From positions 917,831 to 952,160 of the forward strand of contig JARFOE010000149.1 in NCBI GenBank assembly GCA_031763465.1: a stretch of DNA of 34,330 nt. Reading direction: 5' to 3'. Source of the DNA: Squatina squatina. Its lineage: Eukaryota. The notes beneath the pieces were generated by a model. That model saw nothing but the letters and a program-made list of their open reading frames with translations. It was not told where the DNA came from and did not search any database. The translations under genes and the position numbers were made by a program. This document shows positions 21,805 through 31,673 of the stretch, in pieces; within the stretch, counting starts at the first letter, position 1, and each line of letters begins with the position of its first letter.

Positions 21805-23630
21805 AATCAGGGAAGAGTACTGCACAGAAGGAGGCCATTCAGCCCATTGTGTCTGTGCCAGCCAAAAGCACTATTGAGCCTAATCCCACTTCCCAGCTCT
21901 TGGTCTGCAGTCTTGTAGGCTACACCCTTCCAATTCATACTGAAGAATTTTTCTTAAAATTTGATGAGGGTTTCTGCCTCTACCACCTTCAAGGTAGTGA
22001 GTTCCAAACCCCCACTACCCTTGGTGAAAATATTTCTTCAGCTCACTAATCTTGTAAATCTATGGTTATTGACCTCTAGCACAGCAAATGGGTCCTTCAT
22101 ATTCACTATTTAGGCCCTTCAATTTAATCTCCTCTGCCACCTCTGTTCCAAAGAAAACAACCCCAGCCAATCTAATCTTCCCTCAACTAAAATTCTCCAC
22201 TCATGGCAACATCCTTGTAAATCTCCTGTATACCCTCTAGTGTATTCACATATTTCCTGTAGTGGTGACCAGAACTGTGTGCAGTACTTTAGCTGTAGAC
22301 TAACTAATGTTTTACACAGTTCTAGCAGAACCCCCTGCTCTTGTATTCTATGCCTCAGGTGATAAAGTATCCCACATGCCTTCTTAGCCACCTTCTCTCC
22401 CTGCCCTGCTACCTTCAGAGATCTGCAGACATGTATGCCAAGGTCCCTCTGTTCCTCCACACCTCACTGTCCTACAATTTATTGCGTATTCCCTTGTTAG
22501 CCCTCCCCAAATGCATTACTTCATACTTCCAGATTGAACTCCATTTGCCACTTTTCTGCCCACCTGACCAGTCCAATGATATCTTCCTGCAGTCTAACTT
22601 TTTCCCTCACCATCAGCCACAGCCAATTATTGCATCAGCTGCAAACTTCTTAATCATGCTCNNNNNNNNNNNNNNNNNNNNNNNNNNNNNNNNNNNNNNN
22701 NNNNNNNNNNNNNNNNNNNNNNNNNNNNNNNNNNNNNNNNNNNNNNNNNNNNNNNNNNNNNATTTCTGCAGTCTACAGCTATCGTCCTCACTATCAACCA
22801 CATGGTCAATTTTTGTATCATCTGCAAACTTCTTATCATGTCCCCGCCATTGAAGTCTAAATCAATGATATATACCTCAAAAAGCAGGGGAGCTAGTACT
22901 GAGCCCTATGGAACCCCACTGGAATCAGCCTCCCAGCCACAAAAACGTCAGTCAACCATTACCCTCTGTTCCCTGCCACTGAGCCAATTTTGGATCCAAC
23001 TTGCCACTTTCCCTTGGATCCCATGCGCTTTTACTCTTTTGACCAACCTGCTACGTGACTCGTTGTCAAAGGCCTTGTTAAAATCCATATAGGCTACATC
23101 AAATGCACTACCCTCATCGACCCTCCTCATTGCCTCCTGAAAAAACACAATCAAGTTAGTCAGACATGACCTTCGCGTTAAGAAGTCCATGCTGACAGTC
23201 CTTTAATAATCCGTGGCTTCCGAAATGATGATTTATACAGTCTCCCAGAATTTCTTCCAATAATTTTCCCACCACCGAGATTAGGCTGGCTGCCCTGTAA
23301 TTACTTGGTCTACCCCTTTCACCCTTTATTAGCAGTCCTCTGGCACCATGCCAGGAGCCAGAGAGGACTGGATAATACAAAAGCAAAATGCAAAAGCAAA
23401 AAGCAGAGAGGATTGGAAAATGATGGCCAGAGCCTTGGCTATTTCCTCTCTTGCCTCTCTTAACAGGCTGGGATACATTTCATTCGGGCCTGGTGATTTA
23501 TCGATTTTCAAAGATGCTAAACCTCATGATACATCCTCTCTCTCTATGATTAGCCCATTTAATATTTGACACTCCTGATCCTTAACTACAATGTTTGCAT
23601 CAGCCCTCCCTTCTGTGAAGACATACACAA
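21805..23630 (-). mobile_element. CR1-type LINE ORF2 (RT to 3' end; pieces on either side of a gap)
   Basis: KIDKSPGPNEMYPSLL, NYRAASLISVVGKLLE, RSCLTNLI.FF, YMDFNKAFD, KFADDTK and EEQRDLGI motifs; disrupted. Confidence 0.92.
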
Positions 23631-23631
23631 A

Positions 23632-24332
23632 GGGGGTGAAATTTGGCACATTTTTAGCGTCCCTTTCTCGCCTTATGAAGGCGTGATGGAGGCGCAAAAA
23701 AAACTTAGGGTGTTAAAAGCCCGATTAGCACCTCCTGTGAAATTCGGCCCCCATTTTCTTAAGGCATAAAAAAACTTGCCTCTGAGGCCCAGCGAGGTGC
23801 TATTTTTCGAGGCGCTTGCTGCCAATGATGTCATCAAGGCGTGTAACGCCTCTGCGGTGCCTTGTTAGAAAATTCGGCAGACTGAGCGCCTTAGGCGGCC
23901 TCCAGAAAACAATGCCAGAAAAACCTGTCGGTGCACAGGATTCGTGAGGCGCTACTCCATCTTGGTTTCTGAGTTGAAATCGCCGACTCCTTCCGAGAAT
24001 GGCAAGTGGATGAGGGGGTGCTTGTAATTGGCTGAAACGTCATGATGTCTCATTTACTGCTTGTGATGGCCTGTAAAAAGTTTTGGACTGAAGCTGAGGG
24101 GAACTTTGAAAACTTCTTTGCCCATTACAATGGGTGCTGTGATGGCATTNNNNNNNNNNNNNNNNNNNNNNNNNNNNNNNNNNNNNNNNNNNNNNNNNNN
24201 NNNNNNNNNNNNNNNNNNNNNNNNNNNNNNNNNNNNNNNNNNNNNNNNNCCCACAAGTTACGGCATAAAAATCTTTTGAGCTGAAGGGTGCAGAAAAAGG
24301 TTTAGCTAACGCCATGTGCCATGAATTGCCCC
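23632..24332. mobile_element. Putative PIF/Harbinger-type non-autonomous DNA transposon
   Basis: Left end gggggtgaaatt, inverted ends aattcggccccc (to 23752) and aattgcccc (to 24332), recurring ggcg/cgcc subterminal motifs; abuts the truncated CR1. Confidence 0.5.
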
Positions 24333-24382
24333 ACTGCACCAAGGTCTGGCCCACTGTGTCCTCATTTTTCTTCTTTCCTTAG

Positions 24383-24437
24383 ATATTATTTATCGTTAAA
24401 GCAGAATTTATCTGGGAAACAGAAACGAGTAGATTAG
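24383..24437 (+). CDS. Candidate terminal exon, unidentified (xYYLSLKQNLSGKQKRVD*)
   Basis: Very strong acceptor tttttcttctttccttag followed by unique, AT-rich, 3' UTR-like sequence; a second frame is also open. Confidence 0.4.
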
Positions 24438-24849
24438 AGCATAACAACTGCTCTGGAGTACAGGCCGCGAGATGCAAGACTGCAGCATTACAGCACCAGC
24501 ACTGGCAGGAGGATGTAATTGCAGCACAAAAAAAGTTTACATCGGCAATTTCCATATTGTGGGCATTGGAATTTATAATGGGAAAGTTGACATAAAAGTG
24601 TTAGAAAATATGACAGTAGGCTGTAAGGTTTTGTAGACAAGCAGTGTGTGCATATATAAGATTAATATATCATAGATATATTAATGACTCAGGTACATAT
24701 TTATGACTAAAGAAATGGTAGTTTAAATATATATAATATTCAGATGAAATGGTTATAGGGTAGAGACTGCACTAAGTTATTTTCGTTGCATAATTTTAAA
24801 TTATGAGTGGTGCAAATTGTGTCTTTTTATTGCAGTTCTCAACCATATT

Positions 24850-25074
24850 TGAGACGACAACTGGAGCACTGTGAACAGTTTTGGTCTCCTTCTCTAAGGA
24901 AGGATATACTTGCCTTAGAGGCGGTGCAATAAAGTTTCACTAATTGATTCCTGGGATGAGAAGGCTGTCCTATGATGAGAGATTGTGTAGAATGGGCCGA
25001 TACTCTCTGGAGTTTAGAAGAATGAGAGATGATCTATAAGACCATAAGAAGTAGGAGCAGGAGTAGGCCATTCG
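24850..25074 (+). mobile_element. CR1-type LINE fragment, joined at about 25036 to an oppositely oriented CR1 tail
   Basis: QLEHCEQFWSPSLRKDILALEAVQ...YSLEFRRMRDDL, then taagaccataagaagtaggagcaggagtaggccattcg. Confidence 0.8.
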
Positions 25075-25174
25075 NNNNNNNNNNNNNNNNNNNNNNNNNN
25101 NNNNNNNNNNNNNNNNNNNNNNNNNNNNNNNNNNNNNNNNNNNNNNNNNNNNNNNNNNNNNNNNNNNNNNNNNN

Positions 25175-25325
25175 TCTTGTAGCGTTGTAGGGCCGAAGGA
25201 GATTATAGAGATAGGGAGGGGTGAGGCCATGGAGGGATTTGAAAACAAAGATGAGAATTTTAAAATTGAGATGTTGCTTAACCGGGAGCCAATGTACAGG
25301 GGTGATGGGTGAACGGGACTTGGTG
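25175..25325 (-). mobile_element. L2-type LINE fragment
   Basis: Same FKILIFVFKSLHGLTPPYL region as the other copies. Confidence 0.85.
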
Positions 25326-25354
25326 AATCACCAGTCAGTCTAGTTTATAGGTGG

Positions 25355-25500
25355 CATTAGTTGAGGGCACCAAGATAATTCTCTACCCTTCAAATAGTGG
25401 TATGGGGGTCTCTGACATTTACCTGAGCCATCAGAAAGGCAGATGTAATCTTGGTTTAATATCTCATTTTAAGAGCAGTCAGTGATTTTATCACTGCAGG
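25355..25500 (-). mobile_element. Old DeuSINE-like remnant
   Basis: Reverse strand gagatattaaaccaag...ctcaggtaaatgtcagagacccccataccactatttgaag resembles the Deu domain. Confidence 0.45.
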
Positions 25501-25626
25501 GACTGCTGTGACCTATGTGGTAACATGGGCTTCTACCTGAACCCAGTGGGTGGGAGTGGGATTTTATATGGCAGGAGGTCGTCACTGGGGACCCGCAGGA
25601 ATGGTTAACATCATAANNNNNNNNNN

Positions 25627-25856
25627 GGAGTGGGTCCAGAGGCGACCGCAGGGGATGGGAAGCCAAGGGCAGGGAAGGCCCAAAGTTTCCTTTTGGGGCC
25701 CACAAATTTAACTTATCTGGGCCTCTTCTCATCCCAATGTTGCCTGCTGTCAGCTTTTACTGGTGGGTCCAGTACTGTGTGCGAATGATGTCATCGGACC
25801 TAGGGCGGCCAATTCGTGGTAAAACTTCTAGCGCGAAGGTGGCGTAAAACTGGCGT
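25627..25856. mobile_element. GC-rich putative MITE fragment
   Basis: Shares gggcg.ccaatt and ttctagcgcgaag with 12377-12415; contains atgatgtcatc. Confidence 0.45.
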
Positions 25857-25956
25857 NNNNNNNNNNNNNNNNNNNNNNNNNNNNNNNNNNNNNNNNNNNN
25901 NNNNNNNNNNNNNNNNNNNNNNNNNNNNNNNNNNNNNNNNNNNNNNNNNNNNNNNN

Positions 25957-26200
25957 GGTGGAGAGGTTTAGGGAGGGAATTCCAAAGCTTAGGCCCCAGG
26001 CAGCTGAAGGCTTGGCCGCCAATGGTGGAGCGATGTAATTCAGAGATGCGCAAGGGTCAGAATTAGCGGAGCGCAGATATCTCAGAAGGTTCTAGGGCGG
26101 AAGGAGATTACAGAGATAGAGAGGGGTGAGGCCATGGAGGGATTTGAAAAGATGGATGAGAATTTTAAAATTGAGGCCAGTGTAGGTCAGCGAGCACAGC
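25957..26200 (-). mobile_element. L2-type LINE fragment
   Basis: RSTIGGQAFSCLGPKLWNSLPKPLH. Confidence 0.88.
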
Positions 26201-26627
26201 GGACATTGCATNNNNNNNNNNCAGGAAGATTGGTGGCCAGTGATGCTTGCCTGCTCCTTCAGCATGGAATGTTCTAGGTGCCCAAGGGCTCCAGGAATTC
26301 TTAATCCGGTTCTGGGGCAGAAGGTGAAAATAATTAGTGATGTTGTTTGTTTTTAACTGAGGGAAGGAGAGGATCTGGCACGAAACATCTTATGTCCAGT
26401 GTGACTGTCACTGGTGAAGTGCAGGAGGGCAGTAGGTTTACTAATTCAGAAATGTTCACGGTGGAAGGTTGAGGATGTAATGGTGAGAATGAGATTAGTT
26501 CATGTGTCAGCCTGTGACAACAAAACANNNNNNNNNNNNNNNNNNNNNNNNNNNNNNNNNNNNNNNNNNNNNNNNNNNNNNNNNNNNNNNNNNNNNNNNN
26601 NNNNNNNNNNNNNNNNNNNNNNNNNNN

Positions 26628-26900
26628 TACCAAAATATATCACTTTGCACCTTTCTGTGTTAAATTTCATCTGCCACGTGTCTGCCCATTCCACCAGCCT
26701 GTCTGTGACTTCCTGAAGTCTATCACAATCCTCCTCACTGTTCATGAGACTTCCAAGTTTTGTGTCATCTGTAAATTTTGAAATTGTGCCCAGTACACCC
26801 AAGACTAAATCATTAATATATATCAAGAAAAGCAGTGGTCCTACTACCGACCTCTGGGGAACACCTCTGTGTACCTTTCTCTGGTCCGAAAAACAACATT
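26628..26900 (-). mobile_element. CR1-type LINE RT core fragment
   Basis: GVPQRSVVGPLLFLIYINDL...ISKFTDDTKLG...WQMKFNTERCKVIYFG. Confidence 0.92.
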
Positions 26901-27215
26901 TCACAGATCTCAGCATTTTTCAACAGGATGTCAATCAAATCATCTGTGGATTGACCTCATCTTCTCTGCTCCTGTTTCCCAAGTTGGCGATGTCCTGCAC
27001 GATGGGTTTCAGGCCCCAGTTAGATTTCACAATATTAACAAGAATCATTGGGATAGCTGTCTCGTTCATGGTTGAAAATGATCTTTCTATTGGGTTTATT
27101 GAAGCAGAAAGTTTGAATGAGGCAGTATAGCTCCATGGACATTGCTCAATTCAACACTGACCGTGTCCTAATGTCCTGGTTTTATTCTAAATCACCAACA
27201 GCATGAGTCGGTGTC

Positions 27216-27287
27216 GGGGGTTCAGCTCAGGGGTCGAGCATTTGAAGACAGATCAAGCGAGCCTCAGTTCAAACCTGGGCCTCCATT
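27216..27287 (+). pseudogene. tRNA-Cys-derived pseudogene, heavily mutated
   Basis: GGGGGTTCAGCTCAGGGGTCGAGCATTTGAAGACAGATCAAGCGAGCCTCAGTTCAAACCTGGG is colinear with vertebrate tRNA-Cys(GCA); anticodon loop and acceptor stem are broken. Confidence 0.7.
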
Positions 27288-27474
27288 ATGGATTTGTGAT
27301 GCCACCTTCCCTCCACACCAGATCTATAAATATTATAATCCGTACCATAACCAATTTTGAACAACAATCAGTCATTGAGGTGATGAAGGTGTGGATTTGG
27401 GATTCTGTGGTGGAGGCAGAGGTCAAGAGGTTACTGGCTCCAAGCCAGATCTCCACTCAGTGATGTTTATGTTG

Positions 27475-27820
27475 AGTATACAAAGTAAACATGGAACAAG
27501 ATTCACAAATGAAATGCAGTATTTCACCAAAATCTCTCCGGCAGCTCTTCCCAAACCAGCAACCTTCGACACCTAGAAGGACAAGGGCAGCAGGTGCATT
27601 GGATCACCATTCGCTCCAGGTTCCCCTCCAAGTTACACATCATCTTAACTTGGAAATATATCGTCGTTCCCTCATCGTTGCTGGGTAAAAATCCTGGAGC
27701 TCCCGACCTACCGGTTCACCAAGAAGGCCCAGCACCACCTGCTCAAAGGTAACTGGGGATGGGCTGAAAATGCCGGCCTTGCCAGTGAGGCCCACTTCTC
27801 GAGAATGAATAATAAAAATA
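27475..27820 (+). mobile_element. 3' end of the third CR1-group LINE
   Basis: MKCSISPKSLRQLFPNQQPSTPRRTRAAG...LEIYRRSLIVAG.KSWSS; A-rich tail. Confidence 0.75.
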
Positions 27821-28214
27821 ACAAGAGAATGATCAATAATATTTTACCCAGTCACAGAAATCACCTTGCCAGTGGTTCAGTTTCAGCCTCCACTGACGTC
27901 CTGTCACTGCAGGGGATTTGCCCAGAGCAGCAGTTTGTCTTCAGCCAAACGCCTTCCTTGGAAGCAGCTGCCGAGAGGGAAGCAAAGGTTAATTCCCAGA
28001 AAACTGTGTAATCCTCGGGATTTGAGGCTGGTTCAGGGGCTCAGGTGCTTGTTTAGCTTTGGATTGTTGATTGTTAAGAGGTGGGAATGGGTTAAACACA
28101 AATTGTAAATGGGGCCTGGATTTACGGATGGAAACAAACAAGTGAGATGCTTCTTAGCCTGTTTACTGAGGAAACGACCAGATTAAGTGAACAGAAAACA
28201 TTCCTGATTCGTTA

Positions 28215-28660
28215 TACGAACAGGACTCGGCCATTCAGCCCCTCGAGCCTGCTCTGCCGTTCAGTTAGATCACGGCTGATCTGAACCTCAGTTACATTTT
28301 CCCGCCTTTGCTCCATATCCGTTGATCCCCTTATCTAACAAAAATCTATCGATCTCAATCTTGTCAGTTTCAATTGATGTTGTATCCACAGCCTCTTGGG
28401 GAGAGAGTTCCAGATTCCTACAGCCCTTTGTGCTTCCTGATTTCATTACTAAATGGCCGAGCTCTAATTTTATGAGTGCGTCCCCTTGTTCTTGACTCCT
28501 CACCAGTGTTAATAGTTTCCTTGTATCTCAGGGAACACAAGCCAAGTCTGTGCAACCCATCCTCATAATGTAAACCTTTCAGCCCCGGTATCAATCTGGT
28601 GAGTCTGTGCTGCACCCGCTCCAAGGCCAATATATCCTTCCTGAGCTGTGGTGCCCAATA
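28215..28660 (-). mobile_element. CR1-type LINE 3' end with internal deletions
   Basis: ALERVQHRLTRLIPGLKGLHYEDGLHRLGL; 3' UTR gagcaggctcgaggggctgaatggcc. Confidence 0.88.
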
Positions 28661-28744
28661 CGGAGGAATAAAAAGATTAGCAGAGGGTCAGAGGCGAGAG
28701 AGGGGGTCCAGGTGGAGCGAGAATTCTGAACAGCAAAAGGCTCC

Positions 28745-28878
28745 AATTCTGACGCAGGGTCATCGACCTGAAATGTTCGCTCTGTTTCTCTCTCCACAGA
28801 TGCTGCCTGACCTGTGTGCGTTTCCAGCATTTTCAGTTGGTACTTCAGATTTCCAGCATCCGCAGTATTTTGCTTTTG
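28745..28878 (+). mobile_element. Penelope-like terminal repeat with a degenerate hammerhead core
   Basis: CTGACGC-A-GGGTC-ATC-GACCT-GAAA-TG-TT followed by ctctgtttctctctccacagatgctgcctgacctg; homologous to 20008-20107. Confidence 0.7.
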
Positions 28879-29157
28879 TTTCCTTGTTACAGCTTTTATT
28901 TCCTGCTCCTGCGACGTACAATCCCAGTGCTCGCCACAAGGTGGAGACACACTCAAAGCCCCGAGTGAGCGGAGGAGAACAGGTGATGGAGAGGAGGCTG
29001 AAATTCTGCTGTTGGGATTGTAGAAAATGTATCCTCAGTCTTAAAATTAAAACGACAAGAGAAAGACCGGCTTCAGTGTGAGGCAGAGGTCAGTGAGGGT
29101 GCATTTAACAAGAGGACAATTGGTCTGAATCCAGCTCCCCTTTTGTTTAATGGACTT

Positions 29158-29835
29158 TACAACAACAACCAACTGCATTAATACAGCACCTTTAACACAA
29201 CAAAACATCCCAAGGTGCTTCACAGGAGCAATTGTCAAAGAAAACTTGACCCTGAGACACATAAGGAGAAATTAAGCAGATGAACAAAAGCTTGGTCAAA
29301 GCGGTGGGTTTCAGGGAGTGTTTTAAGGGAGAGAGAGGTGGAGAGTGGGAGAGGTTTAGGGAGGCAATTCCAGAGCTTAGGGCCCAGGCAACAGAAGGCA
29401 CGGCCACCAGTGGTGGTGCGATTAAGATCAGGGATGCTCAAGAGGCCTGAATTGGAGAAGTGCGGATATCTCGGGGGGTTGTGGGGCTGGAGGAGGTTAC
29501 TGAGATAGGGAGGGGCGAGGCCTTGGAGGGATATGAAAACAAGGATGAGAATTTTAAGACCAAGGCATTGCTCACCCGGGAGCGAATGTAGGTCAGTGAG
29601 CACAGGGGTGAGGGGTGAACGGGCCTTGGTGTGAGCGAGGACACGGGCTGCAGGGTTTGGGATGAGCTCAAGTTTCTGGAGGGTGGAAGATGGGAGGCTG
29701 CACAGGAGTGTGTTGGAATAGTCAAGTCCAGAGACAACAAAGTCATGGATGGAGGTTTGAGCAGCAGATGAGCTGAGGCAGGGATGGAGTCTGCTGAGGT
29801 TATGGAGGTGGAAGTAGTCAGTCTTAGTGATGGCT
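29158..29835 (-). mobile_element. L2-type LINE 3' part
   Basis: 205-aa ORF YFHLHNLSRLHPCLS...SGLDYSNTLL...GGRAFCCLGPKLWNCLP; L2 tail. Confidence 0.92.
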
Positions 29836-29921
29836 TTAGTCAATGAAGGCATGAAGGTTCCTTGGGTGTATTATTTGAATGAGGCAGTATAACTCAGTGA
29901 ACAATGCTCAATATTGTGTTG

Positions 29922-29993
29922 ACTGACTGGGCTCAGTGGCAGAGCATTTGACTGCAGAGCGAGATGTCTCTGGCTCAAGTTCAGATGACCTCT
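29922..29993 (+). pseudogene. tRNA-Cys-derived pseudogene with the GCA anticodon retained
   Basis: GCTCAGTGGCAGAGCATTTGACTGCAGA matches tRNA-Cys; the 5' acceptor strand is lost and the B box is degenerate (ggctcaagttc). Confidence 0.7.
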
Positions 29994-31035
29994 CATTGAC
30001 TCCGAATAAAAGTTGCCCACAGCTCCCAACACACTGGGGGTGGGCAGTCATTTGGGCTGGAGGGCCACTTTAGGTCAGCACGGTCACGCACCAATCGCGA
30101 GGTCCCGCACCGTCCACTCACCAGCCCCACCCGCTGGAAGAGATACCGCGGGTGAAAAACAAATTAAAGGGAACACGGCCGCACGCATCAAATGAATTGT
30201 GTTCACAACAGATCCCGTTAAAATCAAAACAGTTATGGCTCCACTATGCTAATTAAGTGGGATAATATTAAAAGCAGTGAATAATTGTACAAGAATTAAT
30301 AACCCCACCAGCAGTCATTAGTGAGAGCAAAATGTTAAATTGGTAAATTAGAAAGAGGCCAGCTCAGAGTGTTGATCATCACTCCCACTTCCACCCTCCC
30401 AATAATTTATAACCTTAAATTCAGATAGTGGCCAGATTCTACCTCCAGTGCACAAAATATAGTGTAAAATAGTAAAATCTTCCATTACTGAATGAATGAA
30501 CTGATGGAAGGATCGATTATATGTTGTACTGAAAGTCTACGTGGCTGTTTGGCAGAGCGGCTCGAGTCTGTGGAGCCTCTGCTGTGAGAGCTGTTCTCTG
30601 TTTAGTGCGCTGAGTACTGGAGCCCGAGGCTTCGCAAGGCCTGAACTACAATCAGGAGCCGTTGCCTGGAGTCCTTGTGCCCCGGGATCCAGTCCTGTGT
30701 CTGAGACGGTGATGTGAACCATCCCAGCCATTGTACTCTGGGTACTGGGAGAGGAAAGATGCAGCACCGGTCTCTTTCTTCAGTAAAAGAGTCATCGAGA
30801 TGAGCAGCCAAGACTCGACTCTGTCATCGACAGGGCATATTCGAGCACGCAGTGCATTCTGGGCACGGACGTCCACCATTGGGCCCATCATTGTGGAACG
30901 GATCCTTTTAAACTGGGCTGGGGAAAATCGCTTTAAGTATTACTGTGTCTTCCCTGCTGCATTTCGGGCTCGTCTCTGACCCACGAGAAGTGAGAGTGGA
31001 TAGACAGCGAGACCTTCCCCCATATGTTAATTGGT

Positions 31036-31128
31036 GCCAGGAATGGAGCGGGCATGGAGTGTGGCATCTCAGGAGTGGGTGAATATCCGGCCCGGCTGGA
31101 AATGTGCCCCAATTAAGAGAGGGCGGGG
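31036..31128 (+). repeat. Direct repeat, copy 1 (about 90 bp)
   Basis: Homologous to 31580-31672; 28-nt core with 1 mismatch. Confidence 0.8.
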
Positions 31129-31202
31129 CTTGCCTGGAAAGCGTAGGGCGTAATCTGTTGGAGCATTTAGTTGTGAAGTTCATGGTGTATTGACATGTGA
31201 GA

Positions 31203-31275
31203 GTGGGAATAGCTCAGTGGTGGAGCATTTGACTGCTGGATCAAGAAGTCCCTGGTTTAAATCCAGGTGTCCCCT
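31203..31275 (+). pseudogene. tRNA-Cys-derived pseudogene with an 8-nt anticodon loop
   Basis: GTGGGAATAGCTCAGTGGTGGAGCATTTGACTGCTGGATCAAGAAGTCCCTGGTTTAAATCCAGGTGTCCCCT; B-box C>T change, acceptor-stem mismatches, no adjacent T4 terminator. Confidence 0.85.
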
Positions 31276-31437
31276 CAATGCCAATTATGTTTCGCAAATA
31301 ATGATTCATAATGTATTGCTTCCTCCACAGCTGCTCTGTGATCATTACAATCAGTGACAATAACTCTTCAGAACCACTTTTCCCCAACAGTCTATCCTTG
31401 GGTGATGAAGGTCCAGGTAGGGGTTTCACTGATGAAG

Positions 31438-31575
31438 GCAGCGAGCAATTGGTCATGCACAGCAAGCTCCCACAAGCTGCAAAGAAATAAATGAAAATAC
31501 AATCTGTTCTTTTTGGTGCTGTTTTAGGGATAAATGTTGCCCAGGAGAACAGGAGAATTCCCTTGCTCCCCTCAA
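31438..31575 (-). mobile_element. SacSINE1/DeuSINE-like internal fragment
   Basis: Reverse strand gagcaagggaattctcctg...ggcaacatttatccct...gtgggagcttgctgtgc. Confidence 0.65.
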
Positions 31576-31579
31576 ATGA

Positions 31580-31672
31580 GCCAGGAATAAGGCTGGGGAC
31601 ACGCAGTGGGGCATCTCAGGGGTGGAGGAATAATCCGCCCGGCTGGAAATGTGCCTCAATTAAGGGGGTGGG
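31580..31672 (+). repeat. Direct repeat, copy 2 (about 90 bp)
   Basis: Homologous to 31036-31128; truncated by a CR1 tail. Confidence 0.8.
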
Positions 31673-31673
31673 A

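Noticed and set aside
26222-26527. Unique small contig as a coding exon
   Set aside because: Stops in the plausible frames, no clear splice pair and no recognisable protein.
31203-31275. Functional tRNA-Ser(GCT) or tRNA-Cys
   Set aside because: Cys-type body without a long variable arm, 8-nt loop, B-box mutation and acceptor-stem mismatches.
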